Notes: generated by a model from the letters alone, not told the origin. DNA of 64,000 bases from Candidatus Methylacidiphilales bacterium (GCA_038250235.1 JBBSCO010000001.1:64500-128499); one strand, 5' to 3'. Shown: positions 54,438 to 63,298, counted from the first letter of the stretch. Translations and numbers: made by a program.

Positions 54438-55637
54438 ATGAAAATTTGTGACGCCACGCAGTTTTACTCTGAGGTTGGTGGAGGAGTGCGTCGTTACCTG
54501 ACCGAAAAACGAAGTTATATCCGTGATCACACCAATGACGAACATGTCCTGATTGTTCCGGGAGAAAGAACCGAAGTGATACGGGAGGGCCGTCTGACCA
54601 CCTGCACCGTGGCATCTCCCAAAATCAATGCCAGTTCCCGCTACAGGATACTCTTCAATGTCCAGTCGGCCAAGCAGATGGTTTTTGCTGAAAAGCCTGA
54701 CATCATTGAGTCGGGAGATCCCTATCATCTGGGCTGGAGTATGTTGGATGCCGCCCAGCAACTGAATATTCCCATCGCAGGATTCTATCACTCGCATTTC
54801 CCTGAAGCCTATCTTCGCACTGTCTTAAAATATTGCGGCCCCTGGCTGAGGGATGTTGTGATGGCTTATGCGGAAGACTACATCTGCCGTCTCTACGGCA
54901 GCCTGGATCTGACCCTGGTGCCGTCCGAATTTTTGGCAAAAGTGCTGGAAGGATGGGGCGTGGGAAACACCGAGCCCGTTCATCTGGGGGTAAACACGCA
55001 AATTTATCGTCCCATGGCCCGTAACCCGGAGGTTAGGAAATCCTTGGGCATTTCTGCGGACTCCAGACTGTTGCTGTATGTTGGACGTTTGGCAGGTGAA
55101 AAAAACACGGTGACCCTGCTGAAGTCGATCGAGTGGCTTCACCAGCATGGACCGAAGGACCTTGAGTTCCTGATCATTGGGGACGGTGCCCAGCAGCCTG
55201 CTTTGCTCAGGGCGAGGGAGCGTAATTCGCGGCTGCATTGGATATCCTACTGCAATGATCCTGTGCAACTGGCTGATTATTACCGGGCGGCGGACCTCTT
55301 TGTGCATCCCGGGGTTTGCGAGACTTTTGGCCTGGTGGCTTTGGAGAGCCAGGCCTGTGCGTGTCCGGTCATCGGTATCCGGGGCAGCTACATGGATGCC
55401 AATATATTTTCCGGATTACAACATTGGGCCCGCAGCAATGATCCTGTGGTTCTGGCGGAAGCCATCCTCCGGTATCTCGAAATGGATCTGAAGGCAATGG
55501 GAGCCGAGGCCGGCAGAGAAGTCCGCCAACGTTATGATTGGCCGATGGTTTTCGAACGCATCTGGCAATTGTACGCGAAAGCGATTGAACGGAAAAAAGA
55601 AAGCCTCACCCACGGGGCTCTTTACCAGGCATATTGA
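54438..55637 (+). CDS. Glycosyltransferase family 4
   Basis: MKICDATQFYSEVGGGVRRY, GRLAGEKN and HPGVCETFGLVALESQACACPVI (E-x7-E) are present. Confidence 0.85.
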   Translation: MKICDATQFYSEVGGGVRRYLTEKRSYIRDHTNDEHVLIVPGERTEVIREGRLTTCTVASPKINASSRYRILFNVQSAKQMVFAEKPDIIESGDPYHLGWSMLDAAQQLNIPIAGFYHSHFPEAYLRTVLKYCGPWLRDVVMAYAEDYICRLYGSLDLTLVPSEFLAKVLEGWGVGNTEPVHLGVNTQIYRPMARNPEVRKSLGISADSRLLLYVGRLAGEKNTVTLLKSIEWLHQHGPKDLEFLIIGDGAQQPALLRARERNSRLHWISYCNDPVQLADYYRAADLFVHPGVCETFGLVALESQACACPVIGIRGSYMDANIFSGLQHWARSNDPVVLAEAILRYLEMDLKAMGAEAGREVRQRYDWPMVFERIWQLYAKAIERKKESLTHGALYQAY

Positions 55638-55638
55638 A

Positions 55639-56367
55639 ATGAGTGACGAAATACAAGGCTCCGTCCCTTTGATTCGCCTTTATGAGGAGAAGGACCGGGA
55701 AGCCGTGCGCAACATCTGTTGTGAAACGGGGTTTTTGGGAAAAGCCATCGACCAGGTCTTCAGCGACCGGGAGCTATTTGCCGATTTTCTCACAGAATAT
55801 TATCTGGACAGGGAAAAAGATCTGGCCGTGGTGCTTGAGTTTGAAGGGCGGGTTGAAGGCTATATTCTGGGATGCCGTTTTCCCGAAAAAAAGACTGCCT
55901 ATGAACTGGGAAAACTTCCCGGACGGATTCCCCGCTTGATCCGGCGTTATTTGTTCTCCTATCCGGCACATTCGCGCCGTTATGTGGAATGGCTGGCATG
56001 GAGAGGTTGGAGGGAGGTTCCGGAGACACCGAAAAAAATGGCCCACATGCACATCAATCTGCGGCCGGGTTTCAAAAATGTCTCAGGCACGAGGGCCCTG
56101 ATTGAAACTTTCCTGAAACTCCTGGCGGACAAAGGGGAGAAGGCGGTTTACGGCCAGATGGTGGTCTTTGAAAAACGCCGCGGTCCGCGCATGTTTGCCC
56201 GCTACGGTTTTGAAGTGAAAGATGCGGTCGAGGTCACCAAATACAAAGCATTGGTGGGTGATCCGGTCTATCTTTTCACTGTGATCAAGGATCTGGGAAG
56301 AAATGTCTCCCTGTACGGAACGGATCTCTGGAAGGAAGGCAAGCAGGAGCCGACGGAGGAGTCATGA
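55639..56367 (+). CDS. GNAT-family N-acyltransferase
   Basis: IRLYEEKDREAVRNICCETG...VVLEFEGRVEGYILG...YGQMVV matches the GNAT pattern. The ATG lies 1 nt after the upstream stop; the ORF track starts at 55534. Confidence 0.7.
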   Translation: MSDEIQGSVPLIRLYEEKDREAVRNICCETGFLGKAIDQVFSDRELFADFLTEYYLDREKDLAVVLEFEGRVEGYILGCRFPEKKTAYELGKLPGRIPRLIRRYLFSYPAHSRRYVEWLAWRGWREVPETPKKMAHMHINLRPGFKNVSGTRALIETFLKLLADKGEKAVYGQMVVFEKRRGPRMFARYGFEVKDAVEVTKYKALVGDPVYLFTVIKDLGRNVSLYGTDLWKEGKQEPTEES

Positions 56368-57089
56368 AATCCCTTATTATTTCCCTGCATGATTTCCATC
56401 CAGGCTCCCGGGAACTGATTGCGGATCAGGTTTCCGTGCTGGAGAAATGGGGAGTGGGCAAATGCTCCATTCTGGTCATCCCCCACTACCATCATGGCAA
56501 GCGGACGCGGGATGATGAACAATGCATCGCCTATCTCGGCCAACGCAGGCTGGCGGGAAATGATCTGGTTCTGCACGGTTACTATCATGACCGGAGCGGC
56601 AACAAAGAGGGCTCCTATTTCCTGACACGCTTTTATACGGCAAACGAGGCGGAATTTCTGGATCTGAGCGACGGTGAAATGAAACACCGTATCGAAATGG
56701 GCAGGAAACTATGGGAGGAACAAAACTGGCCCTTGGATGGGTTTATTGCGCCGGGTTGGCTCATGCCCAAAGAACAGGACAAACTGCTCAAACACCTCGG
56801 CTTCAAGTACACCACGAGGCTTGGTCATTTTACTCAATTGCAAAAAGGTAGGGAAAGAAAGAGTCAGAGTCTTTGTTACAGTACCCGGGCAGCCTGGCGG
56901 CGGGGCATCTCAAGCTTCTGGAATCCCGTCCTTTTCAGGCGGTTGCGCCGGACAGAAACGATAAGGTTGAGCCTGCATCCGAACGATTTTGTCTGGCCGC
57001 AGCTGAGGTTACAAATCGAGCAAATGGTGGAAATGGCCTTGGCGGAAGGCTTTGAACCCATAACGTACCGAGACTATGCCCAAATGTGA
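56364..57089 (+). CDS. DUF2334-family protein (deacetylase/glycoside-hydrolase-like fold)
   Basis: MKSLIISLHDFHPGS...LVLHGYYHD...EFL is the typical DUF2334 N-terminal pattern, from memory. There is a 4-nt ATGA overlap with the GNAT gene. Confidence 0.6.
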   Translation: MKSLIISLHDFHPGSRELIADQVSVLEKWGVGKCSILVIPHYHHGKRTRDDEQCIAYLGQRRLAGNDLVLHGYYHDRSGNKEGSYFLTRFYTANEAEFLDLSDGEMKHRIEMGRKLWEEQNWPLDGFIAPGWLMPKEQDKLLKHLGFKYTTRLGHFTQLQKGRERKSQSLCYSTRAAWRRGISSFWNPVLFRRLRRTETIRLSLHPNDFVWPQLRLQIEQMVEMALAEGFEPITYRDYAQM

Positions 57090-59469
57090 TCTTCAGGTGC
57101 ATTCCTGTTTTTCGGACCGACCGTCCGAGTGGATTCTGCGGAAACTGGGGGTGCCCGAGAGTTATACCCAGCCTGTGGAACTTTACGGAAAGCTTAAAGA
57201 GAACGGGTTCCAGTATGTCACGATCACGGATTTGAACCGGATCGAAGGTTGCCTGGCTATTGCAGACAGACCGGGTGCCTTTATCAGCGAGAAGGTGACG
57301 ACCTATTTCCCGAATGATCCCTGCAAAATTCAACTCCTGGTCTGGAACATCACCGAGGAGCAGCACGCACGGATTGCTGAGCTGCGACAAAACATTTTTG
57401 AACTCTCGGCCTGGCTGCGTTCCCAGCAAATCGTGCACGGAGTGGCGCACATGCTTTACAACGTCAACGACCGCCTGACTGTGGCCCACGTCGAGAAACT
57501 CATCCTGCTATTCAACCTCTTTGAAACGTTGAATGGGACACGTGATCCCTTGTCCGGACAAATCACGGAGCTGTGCCTGAAATCGCTGACTCCCGCTCTT
57601 TTGGATGAATTGGCCAACACACACAACCTGGCCCCGGCTCATGAGAAAGCTTGGGAAAAAAGTTTTTTCGGCGGATCTGAAGATTATGGCGGGCTCTATC
57701 ATGGTCAGGCCTGGACCGAAGTTGAGCACGCAGACACCCTGGAAGACTTTCTCCGTTCCGTACAATCCGGACAGGGAAAACCTGTCGGGCGCCCGGGGGA
57801 TGTGCAGAGGGTGGGAAACAGCATTTACCGCGTCATTTTCAGCTATGCCAAAGACAGACTGGGGAAGACTGCCCCCAAGGGCATGGATCTCCTGGGAAAA
57901 GTCGCGCAGCGTTTCCTCGAGGGGAAAAATCCAACTGATCTTTCCTGGGGCGAATGGATCGGGCATGTCGGCGAAGCTATTCGTTCAGGCAAAGCCATTG
58001 ATTTTTTCAAACCGAACGATCCGTCGTTCAACCGTGAGGTGGTTAAGTATTTCCTCAATCCCCGCATCAAGCGTGAACTGGACACGATCATCAGGGAGGA
58101 GCCGACCCCGGAGCGCAGAACTTTCCGGATGGCTTCGAAAATCGGCAACGATCTTTTTTACCGCCTTTTCCTGCAGATCATGGACCGGGTCAACAAAGGA
58201 GAGTTTCTTGATTGCCTTCAGCCTGCAGTTGGTATGCTGCCCATCCTGGCAAGTGTTTCGCCCTATTTTTTCTCTTTCTATGGAATGAGGTCAAGGCGCC
58301 AACTGCTGAGGCCTGCGGCCCTGAGGTTTTTGGGCGGACTTCCGCCAAGCCTGCAGAATCGTAAACGTGCCTGGTTCACCGACACCCTTGATGATGTCAA
58401 TGGAGTCTCACGCACCATTGCCACCATGACAAAATCCGCCCAAAACCTGGGATACGACATGACGGTGGTGGTTTCGAGAAATGAACTGAAGATCAAAGAT
58501 ATCCCGATCAAAAACTTTGAGCCGGTCGGGGAGTTCGAACTTCCTGAGTATGAACTGCAAAAACTCACCTTCCCCCCGCTTTTGGAAATGATTGATTACA
58601 TGGAAAGGGAGAAGTTTACCGAATGTGTCATCAGCACTCCGGGACCAGTAGGATTGACGGCGGTGGCAGCTGCCAGGCTATTGGGCTTGAAAACCAGTGG
58701 GATCTACCACACCGATTTTCCCCAGTATGTCCGCATCCTGACCGAAGACGATCTGATGGAAACATTGATGTGGAAGTTCATGTACTGGTTCTATTCCCAG
58801 ATGGACGTGGTGTACGTCAATTCCGAGTACTACCGCCGATGCTGGATTGAGCGTGGCATTGCTCCGGAAAAGATCGAAATCCTGCCCCGGGGACTGGACA
58901 CGGAGTTATTCCATTACCGACACCGCGACAAAAATTTCTGGTTTAGGAGAGGTACCCGAAATCCGGTCATGCTTTACGTCGGGCGGATTTCCAAGGAGAA
59001 AGAACTCAAATTTTTGGCGGAACTTTTCCTGGAACTGAGAAAGCAGGGGACTCTTGTCGACCTTGCCGTGGTGGGGGAGGGGCCTTTCGAAGCGGAAATG
59101 AAACAGATGGTTCCGGATGCGATTTTTACCGGAGTTCTCAGAGGCAAAGAGTTGGGTGCAGCCTATGCTTCCGCAGACCTTTTCATGTTTCCCAGCACTA
59201 CGGATACTTTTGGAAATGTCGTGATTGAAGCATTGTCTTCGGCACTGCCGGTTTTTGTTTCAGACGTGGGTGGGCCCAAGGAATTGATCCAAAATCCTGT
59301 GCAAGGACGGGTCTTGCCTGCCAATCAGATGGCTCCTTGGTTGGATGCAGTGACTAGCTTTCTCTCCCAGCCTTCGAGCTTGGAAGGACGACAGGCAAGT
59401 GCCGCCAAAGTGCAGCAGGAAAGAAACTGGGATCGGGCATTCGAGTCCTTTTGGCAGCGCACCTTGTAG
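57076..59469 (+). CDS. Fusion protein with an N-terminal PHP-type phosphoesterase domain, a ~250-aa linker and a C-terminal GT4 glycosyltransferase
   Basis: The N-terminus CDLQVHSCFSDRPSEW...YVTITDLN...VHGVAHM is PHP-like. The C-terminus has KRAWFTDTLDDVNGVS, GRISKEKE and FPSTTDTFGNVVIEALSSALPVFVSDVGG (GT4). It overlaps the DUF2334 gene by 14 nt. Confidence 0.7.
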   Translation: MPKCDLQVHSCFSDRPSEWILRKLGVPESYTQPVELYGKLKENGFQYVTITDLNRIEGCLAIADRPGAFISEKVTTYFPNDPCKIQLLVWNITEEQHARIAELRQNIFELSAWLRSQQIVHGVAHMLYNVNDRLTVAHVEKLILLFNLFETLNGTRDPLSGQITELCLKSLTPALLDELANTHNLAPAHEKAWEKSFFGGSEDYGGLYHGQAWTEVEHADTLEDFLRSVQSGQGKPVGRPGDVQRVGNSIYRVIFSYAKDRLGKTAPKGMDLLGKVAQRFLEGKNPTDLSWGEWIGHVGEAIRSGKAIDFFKPNDPSFNREVVKYFLNPRIKRELDTIIREEPTPERRTFRMASKIGNDLFYRLFLQIMDRVNKGEFLDCLQPAVGMLPILASVSPYFFSFYGMRSRRQLLRPAALRFLGGLPPSLQNRKRAWFTDTLDDVNGVSRTIATMTKSAQNLGYDMTVVVSRNELKIKDIPIKNFEPVGEFELPEYELQKLTFPPLLEMIDYMEREKFTECVISTPGPVGLTAVAAARLLGLKTSGIYHTDFPQYVRILTEDDLMETLMWKFMYWFYSQMDVVYVNSEYYRRCWIERGIAPEKIEILPRGLDTELFHYRHRDKNFWFRRGTRNPVMLYVGRISKEKELKFLAELFLELRKQGTLVDLAVVGEGPFEAEMKQMVPDAIFTGVLRGKELGAAYASADLFMFPSTTDTFGNVVIEALSSALPVFVSDVGGPKELIQNPVQGRVLPANQMAPWLDAVTSFLSQPSSLEGRQASAAKVQQERNWDRAFESFWQRTL

Positions 59470-59620
59470 AAATCCAGGCCTGCCTTGAAATCTGACACGC
59501 AAGCTTACGGATTAGGCTTGTGGGCCAAAGGTGGGCTCTGCTATTCTAAAAAAATCTTAACCCAATGAAACATTATTTTGATTAAGCTTCTGTTTTTATC
59601 AGTTTTTGTTTAAAAAGTGA

Positions 59621-59649
59621 TTGACGTAAGCGTATCTTGGCGATTTATT
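59621..59649 (+). promoter_or_regulatory. Sigma-70-like promoter candidate (TTGACG-17 nt-TTTATT) in an AT-rich spacer
   Basis: The -35 lies at 59621-59626 and the -10 at 59644-59649. The ATG at 59660 is only 10 nt after the -10. Confidence 0.3.
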
Positions 59650-59659
59650 ATTAAAGCAT

Positions 59660-61015
59660 ATGGCTACCCCTCCCTTTCCGCCAAACCCCAACTTACCTAC
59701 CGGCGCCAAATTTCCTACCCCGCCTCCCTCCGGTATTGCCCAAAAGCCCATCATGCCCGCAGGTGCTGTCATTCCCAAGGAAACGATTAACATTAATTCC
59801 CAAGGCTCGCCGAATCTCAGGACGACGCAGAAAAAGCTTAAAAAAGAAACCATGCGGATCAGCCTCCCCCCCAAGCCGGGTGCGGGGCAGCCTATGGCGG
59901 CAATTCCTGTTAATCCTCTGAGGCCTCCCACGGGAGCTACACCTGTTGCCTCTTCGGCCAATAAAATGATGATGTCGGTCACAAGACCGATCGGAATCAC
60001 CCCAAGCGCAGCCGCCGCCTCGAGACCTGCGCTTGAATCCCCTACAGCGGCCATTCCCTCCGGCAGCTTTGCCCCCAGGATGGCGGCTCCGCAGGCACCC
60101 ATTGCACCGGCAGCTTCTCCCTCTCTCACGGCACCTTTGAGTCCTCCCCAGTCATCGGCCATGGTTCCGGCACCAGCCAAGCCAGTTGTAGCTCAAGCGG
60201 CTCCCGCTATTCCCCGTCCGATGATGCCGACTGTTCCATTTGCCCCTCCAAGTAGTGTACCAGGGGCACCCAGGCCAATTACCCCTCCGACCGTCTCTAT
60301 GGCCAAGCCGGCTTCTTCTTCCCCTACGGTCAATGTGGCCCAAAAGGCTGGAGTACTTCCCGTCACGTCTCCACTTTCGGCCCCCAAGTCTCCTTTTCCG
60401 GCTGCTCCTTCCGCTCCCGCTGCATTCTCGGCTCCTCTTGCAGCTCCCGTTCCAAAACTGGTATCTCCGAGCCCCATGTCGACTCCTCCCACGGCTGCAT
60501 TCACACCTCCGCCTTCGGCTCCCAGACCTCCAATGCCCGCAGCACCGGTAGCCCCTGCGGCAGGACTCAGAGCACCTCTGCCCGCTCCATCTGCGGCACT
60601 TCAATCAACCCCGGATGACATTAAATCGAAGACAAGTTTGATCGCAGCTCCGAACCCCTCTTCAGCATCGCCGATTCTTTCCAAGATGGCTCCTCCGAAA
60701 CCTGCCATGTCTCCTGCGGGTGTTCCTAAAGCACCCTCTTCCTTGACTGCACCAGCTCCGGCGGTACCCTTCGGTTCCAAACCTTCTGCCGTGCCTTTGT
60801 CTAAAGCCTCGCCTCCCTCTACCCTTGGCGGTCCCAGAGCACCTGCTTCAGTTCCATCGCCAGCCTCTGCAATAAAGGCCGGACCGCCGCCTTCTTCAAT
60901 TTCCAACTATGGAAGTGGTCAGGATCAGGGGGGTTTCGGCCTGGCGGTTGCCGCCGCTGTCACAGCCCTGATCAGTGTTGGCGTCCAAGTTCTGGCCCTG
61001 CTCGATATTATCTGA
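59660..61015 (+). CDS. P/A/S-rich low-complexity protein (451 aa) with a single C-terminal TM anchor
   Basis: There is no signal peptide (MATPPFPPNPNLP...). A long P/A/S-dominated sequence ends in the hydrophobic segment GFGLAVAAAVTALISVGVQVLALLDII, which closes the protein. Confidence 0.6.
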   Translation: MATPPFPPNPNLPTGAKFPTPPPSGIAQKPIMPAGAVIPKETININSQGSPNLRTTQKKLKKETMRISLPPKPGAGQPMAAIPVNPLRPPTGATPVASSANKMMMSVTRPIGITPSAAAASRPALESPTAAIPSGSFAPRMAAPQAPIAPAASPSLTAPLSPPQSSAMVPAPAKPVVAQAAPAIPRPMMPTVPFAPPSSVPGAPRPITPPTVSMAKPASSSPTVNVAQKAGVLPVTSPLSAPKSPFPAAPSAPAAFSAPLAAPVPKLVSPSPMSTPPTAAFTPPPSAPRPPMPAAPVAPAAGLRAPLPAPSAALQSTPDDIKSKTSLIAAPNPSSASPILSKMAPPKPAMSPAGVPKAPSSLTAPAPAVPFGSKPSAVPLSKASPPSTLGGPRAPASVPSPASAIKAGPPPSSISNYGSGQDQGGFGLAVAAAVTALISVGVQVLALLDII

Positions 61016-61184
61016 CTTAAGTTCGGATCAGCAGGAGCTGCACGCCGGAATCCCTCAAACAGATTTCCCGGATTTGCGGCAAAAAAATCGGCATCGTGTT
61101 TTTTGGCAATAGTCGAAATACGTTTTTTCTATTTTTTATATCGTGGGGTATTGCTTTTTTCTCTCCCATGGTCATGCTTTCGGT

Positions 61185-61511
61185 ATGGCTAGCGAAAATG
61201 TATTTGAATTAACGGGAGCTAATTTTTCGGAAAAAGTTCTGAACAATAAGGGACTGGTCCTGGTCGATTTTTGGGCCGAGTGGTGTGGCCCTTGCAAAAT
61301 GATAGCTCCTTTACTGGATCAGATCGCTGACGGCAATATCGGAAAAGTCCAGATTGGTAAAGTGGACGTTGATAAAAATCCAGACCTGTCTTCCCAGTAT
61401 AACATCAGGGCCATTCCCACTTTGTTGATTTTTGAAGATGGTAAGGTCAAGGAACAGATTGTCGGCATGACCTCCAAAGCCAGCCTTGAGCAAAAACTCG
61501 GATTGGTCTGA
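61185..61511 (+). CDS. trxA: Thioredoxin
   Basis: VLVDFWAEWCGPCKMIAP...IRAIPTLLIF.DGK is thioredoxin. The start is at ATG 61185; the ORF track starts at 61143. Confidence 0.95.
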   Translation: MASENVFELTGANFSEKVLNNKGLVLVDFWAEWCGPCKMIAPLLDQIADGNIGKVQIGKVDVDKNPDLSSQYNIRAIPTLLIFEDGKVKEQIVGMTSKASLEQKLGLV

Positions 61512-62529
61512 GACAGGTTTGCGCGTGCCCCCGAAAAAAACGTCGGCTTTGATCTGGTTCGGCAATCATTCCGGACAGTTTCTTACGCCATCCCTAATAG
61601 AGAGGATAGGCACTCTCTGTGAACCTATTGTTCCCGAGGTGTTCTCCCGTGCTTCCTTTCTGGAGAAAATCAAAGGGGTTGAGGTTGTTTTATCAACATG
61701 GGGAATGCCCGTGCTGGATCAGGAACTTTTAGATCAGGCTCCGGATCTTAAGGCTGTTTTTTATGCTGCAGGCTCTGTGAAAGGGTGGGCCACGCCCGCC
61801 GTTTGGGAACGCAACATTTTGGTGACGACCACTGCTTCCTGCAATGCGGTCCCGGTTTGCCATTACACGGTTTCCATGATTCTTCTTTCACTTAAAAACG
61901 TTCTGCCCATGACCCGCGCTTTAAATACCGAGGGAAGAAAAGCCTGGAACAGGCCGAATTACCACACGGTGGGTGTTGGAGGCCATGCCGTTGTCGGAAT
62001 CATCGGGGCCAGCAAAGTGGGGCGCCTGGTGATTAACGAGTTGAAAAAACTCCAAATCCGCATTCTTGTTTTCGATCCGCACCTCAGTGCGCCTCAGGCT
62101 GCAGAACTTGGGGTTGAGAAGGTCGAATTGGACGGGCTTCTTCGCATTTCCGACGTCATCAGTGTCCATGCACCTAAAACGGAACAGACCCGTCACATGC
62201 TCAATGGAAAAAATCTACCTCTTGTTAGGGCAGGCACAACCCTGATTAATACGGCAAGGGGCGATCTAATCGACGAAGCCGCACTGATCAGAGAATTGAA
62301 GAAAGGTGACTGGACTGCGATTTTGGATGTCACCGAGCCTGAGCCGCCCCAGGATGGAAGCGAACTCTACGCGCTTCCGAACTGCTTTTTGACACCCCAT
62401 ATTGCAGGATCAATCGGCTTTGAGTGCCGTGCCATGGCGGAACAATGTGTCGAGGAGCTTTCCCGTTACGTTTCCGGTCAGTCCGCTATCGAGCCGGTTA
62501 CCATTGAGCAATTAGTCACGATGGCCTGA
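61486..62529 (+). CDS. D-isomer-specific 2-hydroxyacid dehydrogenase family protein
   Basis: VGIIGASKVGRLV (NAD site variant), LINTARGDLIDEAAL and LTPHIAGS (catalytic His) are present. The start is uncertain; the annotated start overlaps the trxA 3' end. Confidence 0.8.
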   Translation: MSKNSDWSETGLRVPPKKTSALIWFGNHSGQFLTPSLIERIGTLCEPIVPEVFSRASFLEKIKGVEVVLSTWGMPVLDQELLDQAPDLKAVFYAAGSVKGWATPAVWERNILVTTTASCNAVPVCHYTVSMILLSLKNVLPMTRALNTEGRKAWNRPNYHTVGVGGHAVVGIIGASKVGRLVINELKKLQIRILVFDPHLSAPQAAELGVEKVELDGLLRISDVISVHAPKTEQTRHMLNGKNLPLVRAGTTLINTARGDLIDEAALIRELKKGDWTAILDVTEPEPPQDGSELYALPNCFLTPHIAGSIGFECRAMAEQCVEELSRYVSGQSAIEPVTIEQLVTMA

Positions 62530-62614
62530 TCACCGCGATTCGTTGTCCGCCTTCAGGATTTCTGAAGATGCTTGCAGCCGGTAAAAAGGGGAGGCCCAGA
62601 ATCCAATGCTCTTA

Positions 62615-63298
62615 TCAGACTGTAATAAGGGAATTCGTGCGGAACGTACACTTGAAGAGGCCTGAAACACGCTCTTCTGAACGGTCCACTTTGGTGTCCA
62701 GAACCTGTTCGAACATCTGGCGTTCCAGGTCACGAATGACGGGGAAGCGATTCATGCAGGATAGAATGGGGGAATTGAATTCAATGATCTGGTGTTGTCC
62801 CGCCTCACGATCATAGAAATACTCGCTCATGTAACCGCGTTCGTCGCGGAGACTGGCCAATTGACGGAGCTTTTGTTCAAGAGTTCCACCTTTGACTTTT
62901 TCGCGGCTTTTAAAGGATTCGTTTTTGTAGATGTTGAACAGAATTTTATCGGCGGCCGCCGGGCCATACACTTCCTGGATGGACTCCAGAATTTCGGCGG
63001 TAAAATTGCTGGACTCTGTGGGAAAAAATTCCTGGGCGATTTCTGTCAGACGATATGCTTTTTCAGGGCGTCCCATGCCTTTAGGCCGACGCCAGGTGTC
63101 AAGATAACCTTCGCTCTGCAAGGCGATGCAGTGCTGCTTCACACCCATGTAAGAGAGTCCGACGCGATCACATAATTCTGACACAGAAAGCCCTTGGCTG
63201 CGCTTGATTTCTGTAAGAATCAGCAGTTTGGGATTTTTAGCTACTTTCTTCAGAAATTTACCTTTCATAACCCGTTCGAACGAAGATGCATTGATCAA
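62615..63298 (-). CDS. Winged-helix (ArsR/SufR-like) transcriptional regulator with a C-terminal effector domain
   Basis: ILTEIKRSQGLSVSELCDRVGLSYMGVKQHCIALQSEGYLD...GRPEKAYRLT is an HTH plus wing. The C-terminal ~130 aa were not recognised. Confidence 0.65.
   Translation of the reverse strand: MINASSFERVMKGKFLKKVAKNPKLLILTEIKRSQGLSVSELCDRVGLSYMGVKQHCIALQSEGYLDTWRRPKGMGRPEKAYRLTEIAQEFFPTESSNFTAEILESIQEVYGPAAADKILFNIYKNESFKSREKVKGGTLEQKLRQLASLRDERGYMSEYFYDREAGQHQIIEFNSPILSCMNRFPVIRDLERQMFEQVLDTKVDRSEERVSGLFKCTFRTNSLITV

Noticed and set aside
59599-60906. Four minus-strand ORFs (59599-60180, 60152-60604, 60193-60504, 60601-60906) and two plus-strand off-frame ORFs lie across the P/A-rich gene.
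   Set aside because: They are mirror images of a low-complexity GC-rich coding repeat. Only the + frame at 59660-61015 has a start behind a promoter-like AT-rich spacer and a sensible terminal TM segment.
62553-62569. The hairpin cttcag-gattt-ctgaag lies between the convergent dehydrogenase and regulator genes.
   Set aside because: The stem is 6 bp without a flanking U-run on either strand, so it is not convincing as an intrinsic terminator.
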